Positions 50,066 through 62,500 of a stretch of DNA of 64,000 nucleotides are shown piece by piece. A program made the translations under genes and the position numbers. Positions within the stretch are counted from its first letter, which is position 1. Every line of letters begins with the position of its first letter. The stretch lies in NCBI GenBank assembly GCA_043228905.1, contig JBHGNT010000006.1, forward strand, positions 17,174,001-17,238,000. Reading direction: 5' to 3'. A model generated the notes under the pieces. That model was not told the origin of the DNA. It made no database searches and saw only the letters and a program-made list of their open reading frames with translations. Source of the stretch: Azolla caroliniana. Lineage: Eukaryota; Plantae; Polypodiophyta.

Positions 50066-53000
50066 CTCCCCCTCAAGCTCAACTTGAGGTTCCATCCGCT
50101 CTTCCGGATCTACGCTCCAGTTCCTTCTGGCTTCACGCCTTGCTCGCGCTCCTCGACCTATTCGATTCCGCGCGCCTCAACCCTTCTGGTCGGCTTGCGT
50201 GCCCGTGCAGCCCTTCTCAGCTCCATCATTGTCACGGTGTTGGCGCTTCTTCTGTTGCCCTCTCTTACGCTTGGCCCTCAATTGATTCGGCGTATCTGAA
50301 TCAAACATCTGAACTGACTCGGCTTCCTCCGATCGGTTTTCGCGCTTGTCCGAGTTGGCTGTCTCCAACTCGTCTTCGGTCTTCTCACCCTTGATGGCTT
50401 CGTCTCCCCCACATCCGCCCTCGGCTTCTTCAGCCGATCCGAAATCGAATTCTTCATCCAACTCGGTGTCACGGTCTTCCGGAACTTCTCTCCCCCTTCC
50501 GTGGTCATTCAGGACGCCTCTCCCCCTCAAGTTCGGCACGTCAAGGTGACCCAACCCAAGCGCACCCGAGAATTGCCGCAACTTGTCCAGACCAAGAGGC
50601 TTGGTGAAGACGTCGGTAGTCTGCCGATCCATTGGAACATACTAAACTTCGACTTCACCGGAGAGGACACGCTCACGGACAAAATGGTAGTGCACCTCAA
50701 TGTGCTTAGTTTGGGCGTGGAAGACGGGGTTCTTTGGTAGTTGGATGCTGCTGAGGTTGTCACAGTAGATTATCGTTGGATCGGGTACCTCCACCTGCAG
50801 ATCAATACGCCTTCGGGGGTATGGATCACTTCGATCCTGAGGAAGTAGTGAAGGTCCCCCAGGTCCTTCATGTCAAATGATGCCGCGAGTTGGAGCTTTA
50901 CACGGTCAATTTCACCAAGGTCGACGCCGGTGATGACCAAGTCATCAACATAAAGTAAAATACTAACCGGCCCGAGTCGACCTTTCTAGATGAACAATGA
51001 GGAGTCTGATTTTGACGTCACAAATCCCATCCGACACAATCGTTGTGTGATCTTCGCGTTCCAGGCATGTGGGGATTGCTTGAGTCCGTAAAGGGACTTC
51101 TACAACTGGCATACCACCGAGGTGTTCGTACCAGAGTGAAATCCGGGGGGTTGTACCATGTACACCTGTTCCTCAAGATCACCTTGCAGGAACGCATTCT
51201 TTACATCCATCTGATGTAAGTGCCACCCCTTAGCCACTGCTACGGCTAGCAGAACACGCATGATAGTCATCTTCGCGACAGGCGCAAAGGTCTCGTCGTA
51301 GTCGATGTCGTGTTGATGCACGTAGCCTTTCGCTACTAACCGGGCCTTGTATCGGTTGACCAAGTCATTGGTGTTGTACTTGACCTTGTACACCCACCTG
51401 CATCCGATCGGCTTCACACCCTTCGGTGCGTCAACCAGGTCCTAGGTTTCATTCTCTGCCAATGCGCGCATCTCTTCCTCCATTGCGGCACGCCAATTCG
51501 CGTCCTTCGCAGCTTCTGCATAGCTCTCCGGCTCATGCACTTCCGCTACCCAGGTCATGTATGCATAGTGATGCGCCATGTACTCATTGTATCCGAACCG
51601 CACAACAAGGTTCTTCTGGCAGGTAGATCAACGTAATTTCTCATTAGCTGATGTTGACGCTTTCTTAGCCGACGCGGACTTCGCTCTCGAAGGCCAGTCA
51701 TCACTTCCCTCGGAGTCGGACTCGCATCGATCCGACTCGTTCCTATCGGTGCCGTAATCCGACACCTTGTTCTTCCCTTTTTCCTTGCGTGTACGCCGTC
51801 TCCTCGACTGCCTGCGTGGGTAATGCATGGCCGAGTCTCCACTACTCGTCGGCTCTTCATCGGACTGGTCGAATCAACTCAGTCATCCATTCGGTCCGCT
51901 TAACTGAAACGAAATCGGACTCTCTTTACGGGTCCCAATTTCAAGCTCATCGGGCGGCGTCTCGGCCTCGCTGACCTCATCATCAGAACTCGGATTGGAG
52001 GTGAGGTCTGGAGTCGGAGGCAAGTACCAAGACGCGGACTCATCAAACACAACGTCGCGGCTCACGCGCGCTTGTTTGGTGTGAGGGTTATAACACTTAT
52101 AACCCTTCTGCTAATCCGAATAGCCGACCAAGATACACTTCTCGGCTTTCGCGTCCAGCTTCCTCCGCTTCTCCTTCGGTACATGCACATACGCAATGCT
52201 ACCGAAAAGTCTCCAGTGTCGTAGGTTCGGCTTCCTTCCAAAATACAGCTCATGCGCTGACACTTTGTCTCTGATCCGATTCTGGATGTATACCGCAATT
52301 CGTACCGCCTCAGCCCAATAGAACTTGGGCAAGCTCTTTTCTTCCAACATTGCCTGCACCGCTTCCACAACCGACCGATTTTTCCCTTCAGCCACACCGT
52401 TTTGCTCCAGCATATATCTGCAATTGAATTCGCGCTGAATTCCCATCTGCTGTAGATACCTGTTGAATTGAACGGAAAAGTACTCTTTTCCACCATCTGA
52501 CCACAAGCACTTGATCTTTCTTCCTGTTTCCCTTTCGACGGAACTCTTGAGGTCCCGAAAACAGTCGAAGAATTCACTCTTCTTCTCAATGAGGTAGATC
52601 CACGTGTGCCGCGCATAGTCGTCGATGAAGGAGACGAAATATCGACTCCCGCCAAGACTAACGTTCTGTGTCGGCCCCCATACATCGGAATGTATCAAGT
52701 CGAGCTTGTTCCGGCTTCGGTTACGCTCATTAGGGAAAGGAAGTCGGTGTTGCTTCCCTAGTTGGAAGGCTTCACAAATTTGTGCCTTCCGGCCATTAAC
52801 TTTGGGCAATCCGAACACAACTTGTTTCTATTGCAAGTCCTGAAGTCGTTGATAGTTGACGTGGCCTATCCACTTGTGCCATAAGTCGATATCTGACTCG
52901 ACTTTTTGTCCTTTCACGAACATTGTGGTGGCACCGTCAATAGAGTCGAAGATAAACATCCTCCTGTCTCTGCGCCCTTGCGCAATAACTCGGCCTTCTT

Positions 53001-53604
53001 CCTCGATGAAGCACCCGAGATGTGTGAACCGGACTTGCATCCCCTGGTCGACGATCTGCCCGACTGACACCAGATTTTTTGTGATTGTCGGGACGTGTAA
53101 CACGTTCATGAGTTTCCCTTTCTGCCCGACATGGCTCAAGGGAACTTCATCGACATTCGCGATCGGATGCAGAGTGTCGTCTCTAGTTGTGACTTCTCCC
53201 GATTGCATCGGTTTCTCAAGGTATGAGAACAACTCCTTGTGGCACGTCATGTGGTTTGACGCACCGGAGTCGACGTACCACACCTCGTCCGATTTCGGGG
53301 TGGACTTCTTCATCGACTTCGCTTTGTGTCTCGTCATGAAGGCTGATCCTCTTCCGGCTTTTCCGGATCCTTCGGCGTAGAGCGATCGTTGCCGATTTCC
53401 TTTGTTGGTCTGTCCAGAACCTGATACGGACCCGGTTCTCTCTGAATCGGCGCGCTTTTTCCAGCACTCACTCTCCCTGTGACCTTTCTTGCCACAGTAC
53501 CAGCATTCTGTGGCAGATTTCCCTTGCCGGTTCTCATCGCCTCGACTCCCCCAGTTTCCGGAGGGTCCAAATTTGCTGTCAGCATCACTTCGGTGCCTTC
53601 TTCC
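49633..53604 (-). mobile_element. Copia element K (family A), 3' LTR to gag knuckle, interrupted by L
   Basis: LTR 49633-50065 and PPT; RH/RT/INT/PR fragments colinear with I; ~0.5-kb deletion near 50805. Confidence 0.92.
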
Positions 53605-53877
53605 TGACAGGAACACATGCTCCCGATGAACAACGCTCGGCCACAACCGAGCTTAGAATCAAAACACCGAAAAAAAACGGGGAATGAATGCACGACACAA
53701 AGGAGAGAAGAGTACACAGGATGTTTAACGTGGAAAACCCCAAGAGGGAAAAACCACGGGAGTCCACAGACTCCAAACTATCACTATATCACAATGATTA
53801 CAACAGTGAGCTCACGGAGGCAACGACCTCATGCTCACGATCTTCGCCATAGGCGGCGGTTACAACAGAGGCAACGA

Positions 53878-53960
<83 letters not shown>

Positions 53961-54448
53961 CACTGTTACGCACTCTCTCTTCTTGCGCTAACAAGAATGA
54001 CAACAACCACCACACTAAGTTTTCCCTAAGTCATATTTACAAATATAGCCCCGATGGACTCTCAGAAACATATTTACGAATATGTCCCTTCATACGGTGA
54101 GCACTTCTCACCGGGCCTGCATCATCTAGCTCTTGCCAGGCACTTGTCATCCTGTTCTCACCGGGTCTTCCGTAGTCGGGTACTCTTCATCCGGTTCTCA
54201 CCGGGTGTTCACCATCCGACTCTTGCAGGGTACTTCTCATCCGGGTCTTCACCATCCGGCTCTTGCCGGGTACTCGTCATCCGGTTCTCACCGGGTCTTC
54301 ACCATCCAGCTCTTGCCGGGTACTTCTCATCCGATTCTCACCAGGTCTTCCGTTGCCGGGTACTCCACATCCGGTTTCGGCCTCGACCGAGTTTGCTCAT
54401 CAGTACTGTTCTTCTCACTTCCCATCCGGAGGGACTTGTTTCCTAACA
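53605..54448 (-). repeat. 3' LTR of L with (TC)~37 microsatellite (53883-53956) and CCGG-rich ~49-bp U3 repeats (54100-54375)
   Basis: Read directly; repeat of 58380-58823. Confidence 0.9.
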
Positions 54449-54458
54449 ACCTCCCCCT

Positions 54459-57400
54459 TCACTCCGGCATGGGATGTCTTACAAGTCTGATCCGGTTAAG
54501 GCATGCATCCAACTTGTCGGGTATCAATACTTTGGTCAGCATATCTGACCCGTCCTCAGCCGTGTGGATCTTCGTCGGCACGAACTCCTGGTCATCTACT
54601 CTTTCCCGGATCCAGTGATACCTTTGCTGAATATGCTTCGTCCGGGAATGGTAGGCCGCATTCTTAGCAAGGTAGATGGCACTTTGACTGTCACAATAGA
54701 GCTGGTATTCATCTTGCCGGATACCGAGCTCTCCGATGAAGTCCTTCATCCATAATATCCGGCTGGTATCCACATCAATCGACATGGCTGAATTGGTAAA
54801 ACCGTCAAGTTGAGGTTTACCGGAGCCAAATCGGAGACACGTATTTGAAGTGCCCTTCAAGTGCCGCAGTATCCATTTGACCGTGTTCTAGTGCTCCTTG
54901 CCGGGATTGCTCATAAACCGGCTCACCACTCCGACTACGTATCCTATATCCGGTCGGGTACACACCATTGCGTACATCAAGCTCCCGACGGCAGAGTCAT
55001 ATGGAACCTTCATCATATCAGCCTTCTTTGCTTTCATCTTCGGGCTTTGCTTACCAGATAATCTGCAGTTTGCCGGGAGTGTCGATCCAACCGGTTTCGC
55101 TTCTAACATGTTGAACCGCTGAAGCACCTTTGTCACGTATTTCTCCTGTGACAGCCACAATTGCTTCTTTGACCGGTCCCGGATGATATGCATCCCCAGC
55201 ATCTGTCTTGCCGGACCCAAGTCTTTCATTGAGAAGGTCCGGTTGAGAGCCTTCTTCAGCATCCGTATTTTGGCTTGGTCCCGTCCGACGATCAACATGT
55301 CGTCCACGTACAGAAGGAGTATCAAGAAGTCGCCTCCTTCGAACTTCTTCACAAACACGCAGTGATCGACCTGCGTCTTGTGGTACCCTTGATCTGTCAT
55401 GAAGGAGTCGAACTTCCGATACCATTGTCGGGGTGCCTCCTTCAGTTTGTACAGGCTCTTCTTCAATTGGCATACCAGGTGCTCCTTCCCTTTCTCCACG
55501 AATCCTTCCGGTTGCTGCATGTAGATCTCCTCTTCGAGGTCACCGTGAAGGAATGTCGTCTTCACGTCCAGCTGCTCTACCTCGAGGTCCATACTTGCCG
55601 CTATACTCAGCACCCTCCGGATGGAGGTCATCTTTACTACCGGGGTAAATATCTCGTCGAAGTCCACGCCCTTCTTCTGCTGGAACCCCTTCACCACAAT
55701 TCTGGCTTTGTATCTCGGGGGGTTGCCAGCATCTCCCAATTTCAACTTGTACACCCACTTATTTCGGAGTGCCCGCTTTCCTTTCGGCAACTCCACCAAT
55801 TCATACGTATGGTTCTCATGCAAGGAATCCATCTCATCCTGCATGGCACTTAACCATTTTTTGCTGTGGGTGTCATCCTTCGCTTCTTCGAAGTTTTCCG
55901 GCTCTCCCTCATCGGTCAGCAGCACATGCTTTGAATCCGGAAACCTTCGGGGGGGCCTTCTCTCTCTGAGAGGATATCTCCGTCTTTGGCCTTCGGCAAC
56001 CGGCTCCACTATTTTATCTTCATCCGAATCCGATTTGAGGTATTGGCCGGTTCCGGTTTCAGCTTCCTCTACTTCTTCTTTTGCCGGTTCGGTATCCTCA
56101 CCGTAACCGGCTGGTTCCTCAAGTGCTAACCGGTCTCTTGCCGGTTGGGTCTGCTCATCGTAAAATCGATCCTTACCGGTCGACTCGGAGTTCATTATCT
56201 TCTTCTCCGACTCCCAGTCAGCGAGTGTCTTGTCCTCCATGAAGATAATATCTCGACTCCGAAATACCTTCTTGTCGACCAGGTCCCACACTCAGTAGCC
56301 AAACTCATCGTCGCCGTAACCGAGGAATATGCATGGTCAGGTCTTTGGATCCAACTTTCCTCTCCGTTCCTTAGCTACATGCATGTACGCGAGACACCCG
56401 AATACCTTCAGATGCCGGTAGGACACTTCCTTACCGATCCAGACTCTCTGTGGCGTGTCTCCGTCCAAGGGTACTGAGGGTGATCTGTTTATCACATATG
56501 TCGTCGTCACCAGTGCCTCAGCCCAAAACTTCTTGGGTAGTTTTGCATGAGCCAGCATACTCCAGACCCTCTCCATTATGGTCCGGTTCATCCTCTCGGC
56601 TAGCCCGTTTAGTTCCGGCGTCTTCGGCACGATAAATTCGAGCCGGATTCCCTTCGAGTGATAGTACTCCTCGAACTGCCCCCGGTATTCACCTCCATTA
56701 TTTGCTTGAACCGCCTTAAGCTTCCGGCCAGTTTCTCTTTCCACTCTCGCGTGGAGCTCTTTGAAGACGGATAACACCTGATCCTTCGTCTTCAATGGTG
56801 TGGCCCACAGCTTCCAGTTGTTGTCATCTATGAACGTCACGAAGTACTGCGATCCAGCATGTGACTTCGTGTCCACTTGACACACATCAATATGCACCAA
56901 CTCTAGTGGTGCATTACGTCTCATCGGTGGCCTTGGTCGGAAGGAGGTCCAGTTTTGCTTACTGGCCAGACAATAAGTGCACTTCTCCAAGTGCACGTTC
57001 TTCACTGGAATGAGGTTGTCGTCTACAAGCCTCTTCATCCCCTTCTCGCTCATGTGACACAGCCTTTTGTGCCACAGCTCACCGGCAGTGTCGGATGCCA
57101 CGTTCACTTCCTCCAGACATAACCGGGCATTCATCAGGTACAGAGTGTTTACCTTCCGGGCCCGAGCCACAATCAGGCTCCCTTTGTTGAACTTCATAAC
57201 ACCATTCCGGATGCTACCCGTGTAGCCTTCATCATCTAGCCGACCGGTTGATATCAGGTTCAGACGAACCTCCGGAACGTGTCGGACATCCTTCAACAGC
57301 AGCTTACATCCGGTTGGTGTTGTCAACCACACGTCTCCTATGCCGACAATCCGGCATGTACCTTCATTCCCTATCCGGACACAGCCGTGATCACCGGCTG

Positions 57401-58349
57401 AGTAGGATGAGAAGCATTTCCGGTCCGGGGTAAGGTGGAACGACGCTCCGGAGTCGACCACCCAGGTCCTCTCGTCGCCGGCAAGGTTTATCTCACTCTC
57501 CTCAGTGATGAGCATCAACTCTTCTTCACTTGCCGCGATTGCCGTCGTTCCCTTCCGGTCTGTTCCCCTCCGGTCTTTACCGTTCCGGTCCGGTGTCCGC
57601 TTCGAATCGGTACCGTCGATTTCCTTGTCTTTTCGGAAGTGCCGACAGTTCTTCTTGAAGTATCCCGGCTTGCCGCAATAGAAGCAAGTAGGCCTCCCCC
57701 TTGACTTTGACCGTGTCCCCGACTTTTCCCGGTTCTAGGGACTATGGTTCCTTTGTCTTCCACGTTCCGATTCGGTAAGGAGCGCTTTGGAGTCGGAGCT
57801 CGTATCCTTATCTTTCCGACGCGCTCTTGCTAAGGATAACCGTTTCCCTTCCTGCCCGACGTTGCCCAAGGTAACAACCAACGTCTCCCAGCTATCTGGG
57901 AGGGAACCGAGCAGGAGTAGTGCTAGTACCTCATCAGCAAGAGGTACTTCCAATGATGTTTCCTGGTGGATCAGCCCCTGGAAGGCATTCATGTGCTCCG
58001 CCATGCTGGAGCCATCTTGGTACCGGAGTCTTACTAGCTTCCAGAATATCGAAACTTGATTAACATTTTTGTTCTGAAACATAATGTCAATCTTCTCCCA
58101 AAGCTCATGAGCCTTGCTCTCTTCATTGAAGTTGTAGTATAGACTCATGTCGATGAAGCACCATATGTACGCCGTTGTCTTCATGTGCATCACCTCCCAC
58201 ATCGCGGCGTCGATTTTGTCCGGTCTCTTGGCCCCAAACTGAACCGGCAACCAAAGGTCTTTAACCACGAGCATGTCCCTCATCTTCGACTTCCACACCG
58301 AATAGTTGGAGCCGGTGAGCTTGAACATGCCGCCCAACCATTCGTCCAT
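54459..58349 (-). pseudogene. L polyprotein, disrupted
   Basis: ORFs 57735..58349, 56337..57518, 54888..56291 and 54459..54860, all homologous to M; in-frame RNase H deletion DVDTSR|ILWMKD. Confidence 0.93.
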
Positions 58350-58379
58350 TTTCTGTGTTGTTTCGCTCTAATACCACTT

Positions 58380-58823
58380 TGATAGGAACACACGCTCCCG
58401 ATGAACAACGCTCGGCCACAACCGAGCTTAGAATCAAAACACAGAAAAAAAACGGGGAATGAATGCACGACACAAAGGAGAGAAGAGTACACAGGATGTT
58501 TAACGTGGAAAACCCCAAGAGGGAAAAACCACGGGAGTCCATAGACTCCAAACTATCACTATATCACAATGATTACAACAGTGAGCTTACGGAGGCAACG
58601 ACCTCGTGCTCATGATCTTCGCCACAAGCGGCAGTTACAACAGAGGCAACGACCTCTTTCTCTCTCTCTCTCTCTCTGTACATTATTACGCGCTCTCTCT
58701 TCTTGCGCCAACAAGAATGACAACAACCACCACACTAAGTTTGCCCTAAGTCATATTTATACTAATATGACTTTTCGGCTATTTACAAATATAGCCCTAA
58801 TGAACTCTCAGAAACATATTTAC
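58380..58823 (-). repeat. 5' LTR of L (partial, cut by M)
   Basis: Matches the L 3' LTR up to GAAACATATTTAC, then switches to the M LTR. Confidence 0.9.
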
Positions 58824-59253
58824 TGTTGGGATTTACGGTCCCTACGGATGGGATGTCCGGAGATGAATGACGGCAAGCCCGGTTGCGGTTACGGAACCGG
58901 AGGATGAAGAGTACCCGGCATGAAGCCGGATGAAGAGTACCCGGCATGAAGCCGGATGAAGAGTACCCGGCTACGGAGCCGGATGATGAAGACCCGGCTA
59001 CGGAGCCGGATGACGAAGACCCGGCTACGGAACCGGATGACGAAGACCCGGCTACGGAGCCGGATGATGTATGTACCCGGAGAGAGATCCGGATGCGGGG
59101 ACATATTTGTGAATATGTTTGCCAAGGGCCCTTGTGGCTATATTTGTAAATAGCCGGAAAGTCATATGTGTATAAATATGACTTAGGGCAAACAGTTTTA
59201 CGTTGCTGCTCATGTTTTCTGTTTTCCACTTAGAGAGAGTGAAGAGAGCAGCC

Positions 59254-59285
<32 letters not shown>

Positions 59286-59556
59286 CGAAGAGGTCGTTGC
59301 CTCTGTGTATTACCGCCGCCTGTGGCGAAGACAGTGAGCTCAAGGGTGTTGCCTTGAAGCTTCACCATTGTACATCTCTGTTCATAGTGATAGTTGGAGT
59401 TTGAGGACTCCCGTGGTTTTTCCCGTATAGGGTTTTCCACGTTAATCCCTGTGTTATCGTGTCTTTCTCTGTGTTTCCTATTTTCTGCTGCATTGATTCG
59501 TGATTTCTCGGTTGTGGCCGAACGGTGAAGGTGAATCGGAGCGTTGATTCGCAACA
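58824..59556 (+). repeat. 5' LTR of M with 26/27-bp U3 tandem array (~58902-59068)
   Basis: TGTTG..CAACA; units GGATGA(A/T/C)GA..ACCCGGC..GCC; TATAAAT near 59171. Confidence 0.95.
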
Positions 59557-59587
59557 AAGTGGTATCAGAGCGACGGCAGTGCAGAAA

Positions 59588-62500
59588 ATGGAAGGCGGCA
59601 ACAGCGGGCAGCCGGGGATGATGGTGCTGAATGCGCAGAACTACGCCGACTGGAAGATCAAGATGGAGGATCTTCTGATTGTTCGGGACCTGTACGAACC
59701 GATTGACAGGTCGGAAATACCGAAGGGGGTACTTGAGATGGAATGGAGGCTTCTGAACCGGAAAGCCGTTGCAACCATTCGGCAATACGTCGACGTGAGC
59801 GTTCTACAACATGTGGCGAACGACACCAACGCATACGAGATGTGGCGGAAGCTGTCGGGCCTCTACGAGAGGAAGAATGCGTTGAACCGGACCTCCCTGA
59901 TGAGGAAGATAGTGAACCTCAAGTACCGGGACGGCGAGAGCATGGTGGAACACGTAAGCACGTTCATGGGATTCGTGAACCAGCTTGCGGCGATCAAGTT
60001 CCCGCTGGAGGATGCAATGCAAGCCATCATTCTGATGTGTACATTGCCGGAAAGCTGGGAGAACTTGGTGGTGACTCTCAGCACCTCCTCCACCGAAGAT
60101 AACTTGTCTCTACAAACGGTAAAGACAAGTATTTTGAACGAAGAAGCGCGTCGGAGAGATAAAGAACCGGCCTCCGACCCGAAGGCGCTGCTTACCGAAT
60201 CGGAACGGGGAAGACACTGGAACCGGAGTCCGCAAAGACGGGAGAAGTCGGGGACCCGGTCGCAGTCAAGAGGAAGACCCACATGCTTCCACTGTGGGAA
60301 GCCGGGGCACTTCCGGAAGAATTGTCGGCATTACCGAAAGGACAACGGAGCCGACGACACCGATTCGAAGAAGTCACCGGAGAGAAACGGTGCATACCGG
60401 GGAGCCACGGACCGGAGAGGTCCGGATCGGCGAGGGCAGGACCGGAAAGGAACGACGGCACTCGCGGCAAGTGAAGAAGAAATAATGCTCATTACCGAAG
60501 AGAGGGAGCTGAACCTTGCCGGTGAAGAGATGACCTGGGTGGTCGATTCCGGAGCGTCGTTCCACCTGACCCCGGAGAAGAAATACTTCTCATCCTACAT
60601 AGCCGGTGAGCACGGCTGTGTCCGGATGGGAAATGAAGGTACGTGCCGGATTGCCGGCATAGGAGACGTGTGGCTGATGACATCAACCGGATGCAAGATG
60701 CTGTTGAAGGATGTTCGACACGTTCCGGAGGTTCGATTGAACCTGATTTCGGCCGGGAGGCTAGACGATGAAGGCTACACGGGTAGCATCCGGAACGGTG
60801 TCATGAAGTTCAGCAAAGGGAGCCTGATAGTGGCTCGGGCCCGGAAGATCAACACACTGTACCTGATGAATTCCCGGTTGTGTCCGGAAGAGTTGAACGT
60901 GGCAGCCGACACTGCCGGTGAGCTGTGGCACAAGAGACTGTGCCACATGAGTGAGAAGGGGATGAAGAGGCTTGCAGAAGACAACCTTATTCCAGTGAAG
61001 CATGTGCACCTGGAGAAGTGCACCGACTGTCTGGCCGGTAAGCAAAACCGGACCTCCTTCCACTCAAGGCCACCGATGAGACGTAGCGCACCATTGGAGC
61101 TGGTGCACACTGACGTGTGTCAAGTAGAAACGAAGTCACATGGCGGAGCCCAGTACTTCGTAACATTCATAGATGACCATAGCCGGAAGTTGTGGACGGC
61201 ACCGTTGATCACAAAGGACCAAGTATTGTCCGTCTTCAAAGAACTCCACGCGAGAGTGGAAAGAGAATCCGGCAAGAAGCTGAAAGCGATACGAGCGGAT
61301 AACGGAGGGGAATACCGGGGGCAGTTCGAGGAGTATTGTCGCTCGAAGGGAATCCGGCTCGAGTTTACTGTGCCGAAGACGCCGGAACTGAACGGGCTGG
61401 CCGAGAGGATGAACCGGACCATAATGGAGAGGGTCCGGAGTATGCTGGCGCATGCAAAATTACCCAAGGGGTTTTGGGCTGAGGCAATGTCGACGGCGAC
61501 ATACGTGATAAACAGATCACCCTCAGTACCTTTGGACGGAGACACGCCGCAGAAAGTGTGGACCGGTAAGGAAGTGTCCTACCGGCACCTGAAGGTGTTC
61601 GGGTGTCTCGCATACGTGCATGTGGCAAAGGACCGGAGAGGAAAGCTAGATCCAAAGACCCGGCCATGCATATTACTCGGTTACGGCGACGATGAGTTCG
61701 GCTACCGAGTATGGGACCCGGTCGACAAGAAGATATTCAGGAGTCGAGATATCATCTTCATGGAGGACAAGACACTCGCCGACTGGGAGTCGGAGAAGAA
61801 GATGAAGAGCTCCAAGTCGACCGGTGAGGATCAACTCTACAAGGAGCAGTCCCGACCGGCAAGAGACCGGTTAGCACTCGAGGATCCGGCCGAAGACGGT
61901 GAAGAAACAGAACCGGCCGAAGAAGATGAAAATGATACCGGAACCGGCCCCGATCCCGAAATGGATTCGGATGAAGAAGAATCGGAAGAACCGGTTACCG
62001 AAGCTCCGGAACGGAGATATCCTCTAAGAGAGAGAAGGGCCCCCCGGAGATTTCCGGAACCAGAGCACGTGCTGCTAACCGACGAGGGGGAGCCGGAGAA
62101 TTTTGAAGAAGCAGAGCTTGACACACATAGCCGCAGGTGGTTAAGTGCCATGCAGGAGGAGATGGATTCCCTGCATGAGAACCACACATATGAACTTGTG
62201 GAGTTGCCGAAAGGAAAGCGGGCACTTCGAAACAAGTGGGTGTTCAAGCTGAAACCGGGAGATGCCGGAAACCCCCCGAGATACAAAGCCAGGATCGTGG
62301 TGAAGGGGTTCCAGCAGAAGAAGGGTGTGGACTTCGACGAGATATTTGCCCCGGTAGTGAAGATGACCTCCATCCGGACGGTGCTGAGCATAGCGGCAAG
62401 CATGGACCTCGAGGTAGAACAGATGGACGTGAAGACGGCATTCCTTCACGGTGACCTCGAAGAAGAGATCTACATGCAGCAACCGGAAGGATTCGAGAAG

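Larger units (their letters stand above)
53605..58823 (-). mobile_element. Copia element L (Tnt1/Tto1-like), degenerate; 5' LTR interrupted by M
   Basis: LTRs start TGA(C/T)AGGAACAC at 53605 and 58380; PBS 58365-58376; PPT near 54450-54460. Confidence 0.93.

Noticed and set aside
58946-59149. ORF MKPDEEYPATEPDDEDPATE.. (also 63768..63998) as a repeat protein, or the array as CRISPR
   Set aside because: It is a translation of the 27-bp U3 tandem array; units abut with no unique spacers and there are no cas genes.
59525-59587. N-terminal extension of the M polyprotein from GTG
   Set aside because: It runs through the LTR end and PBS; ATG 59588 matches the start position in L.
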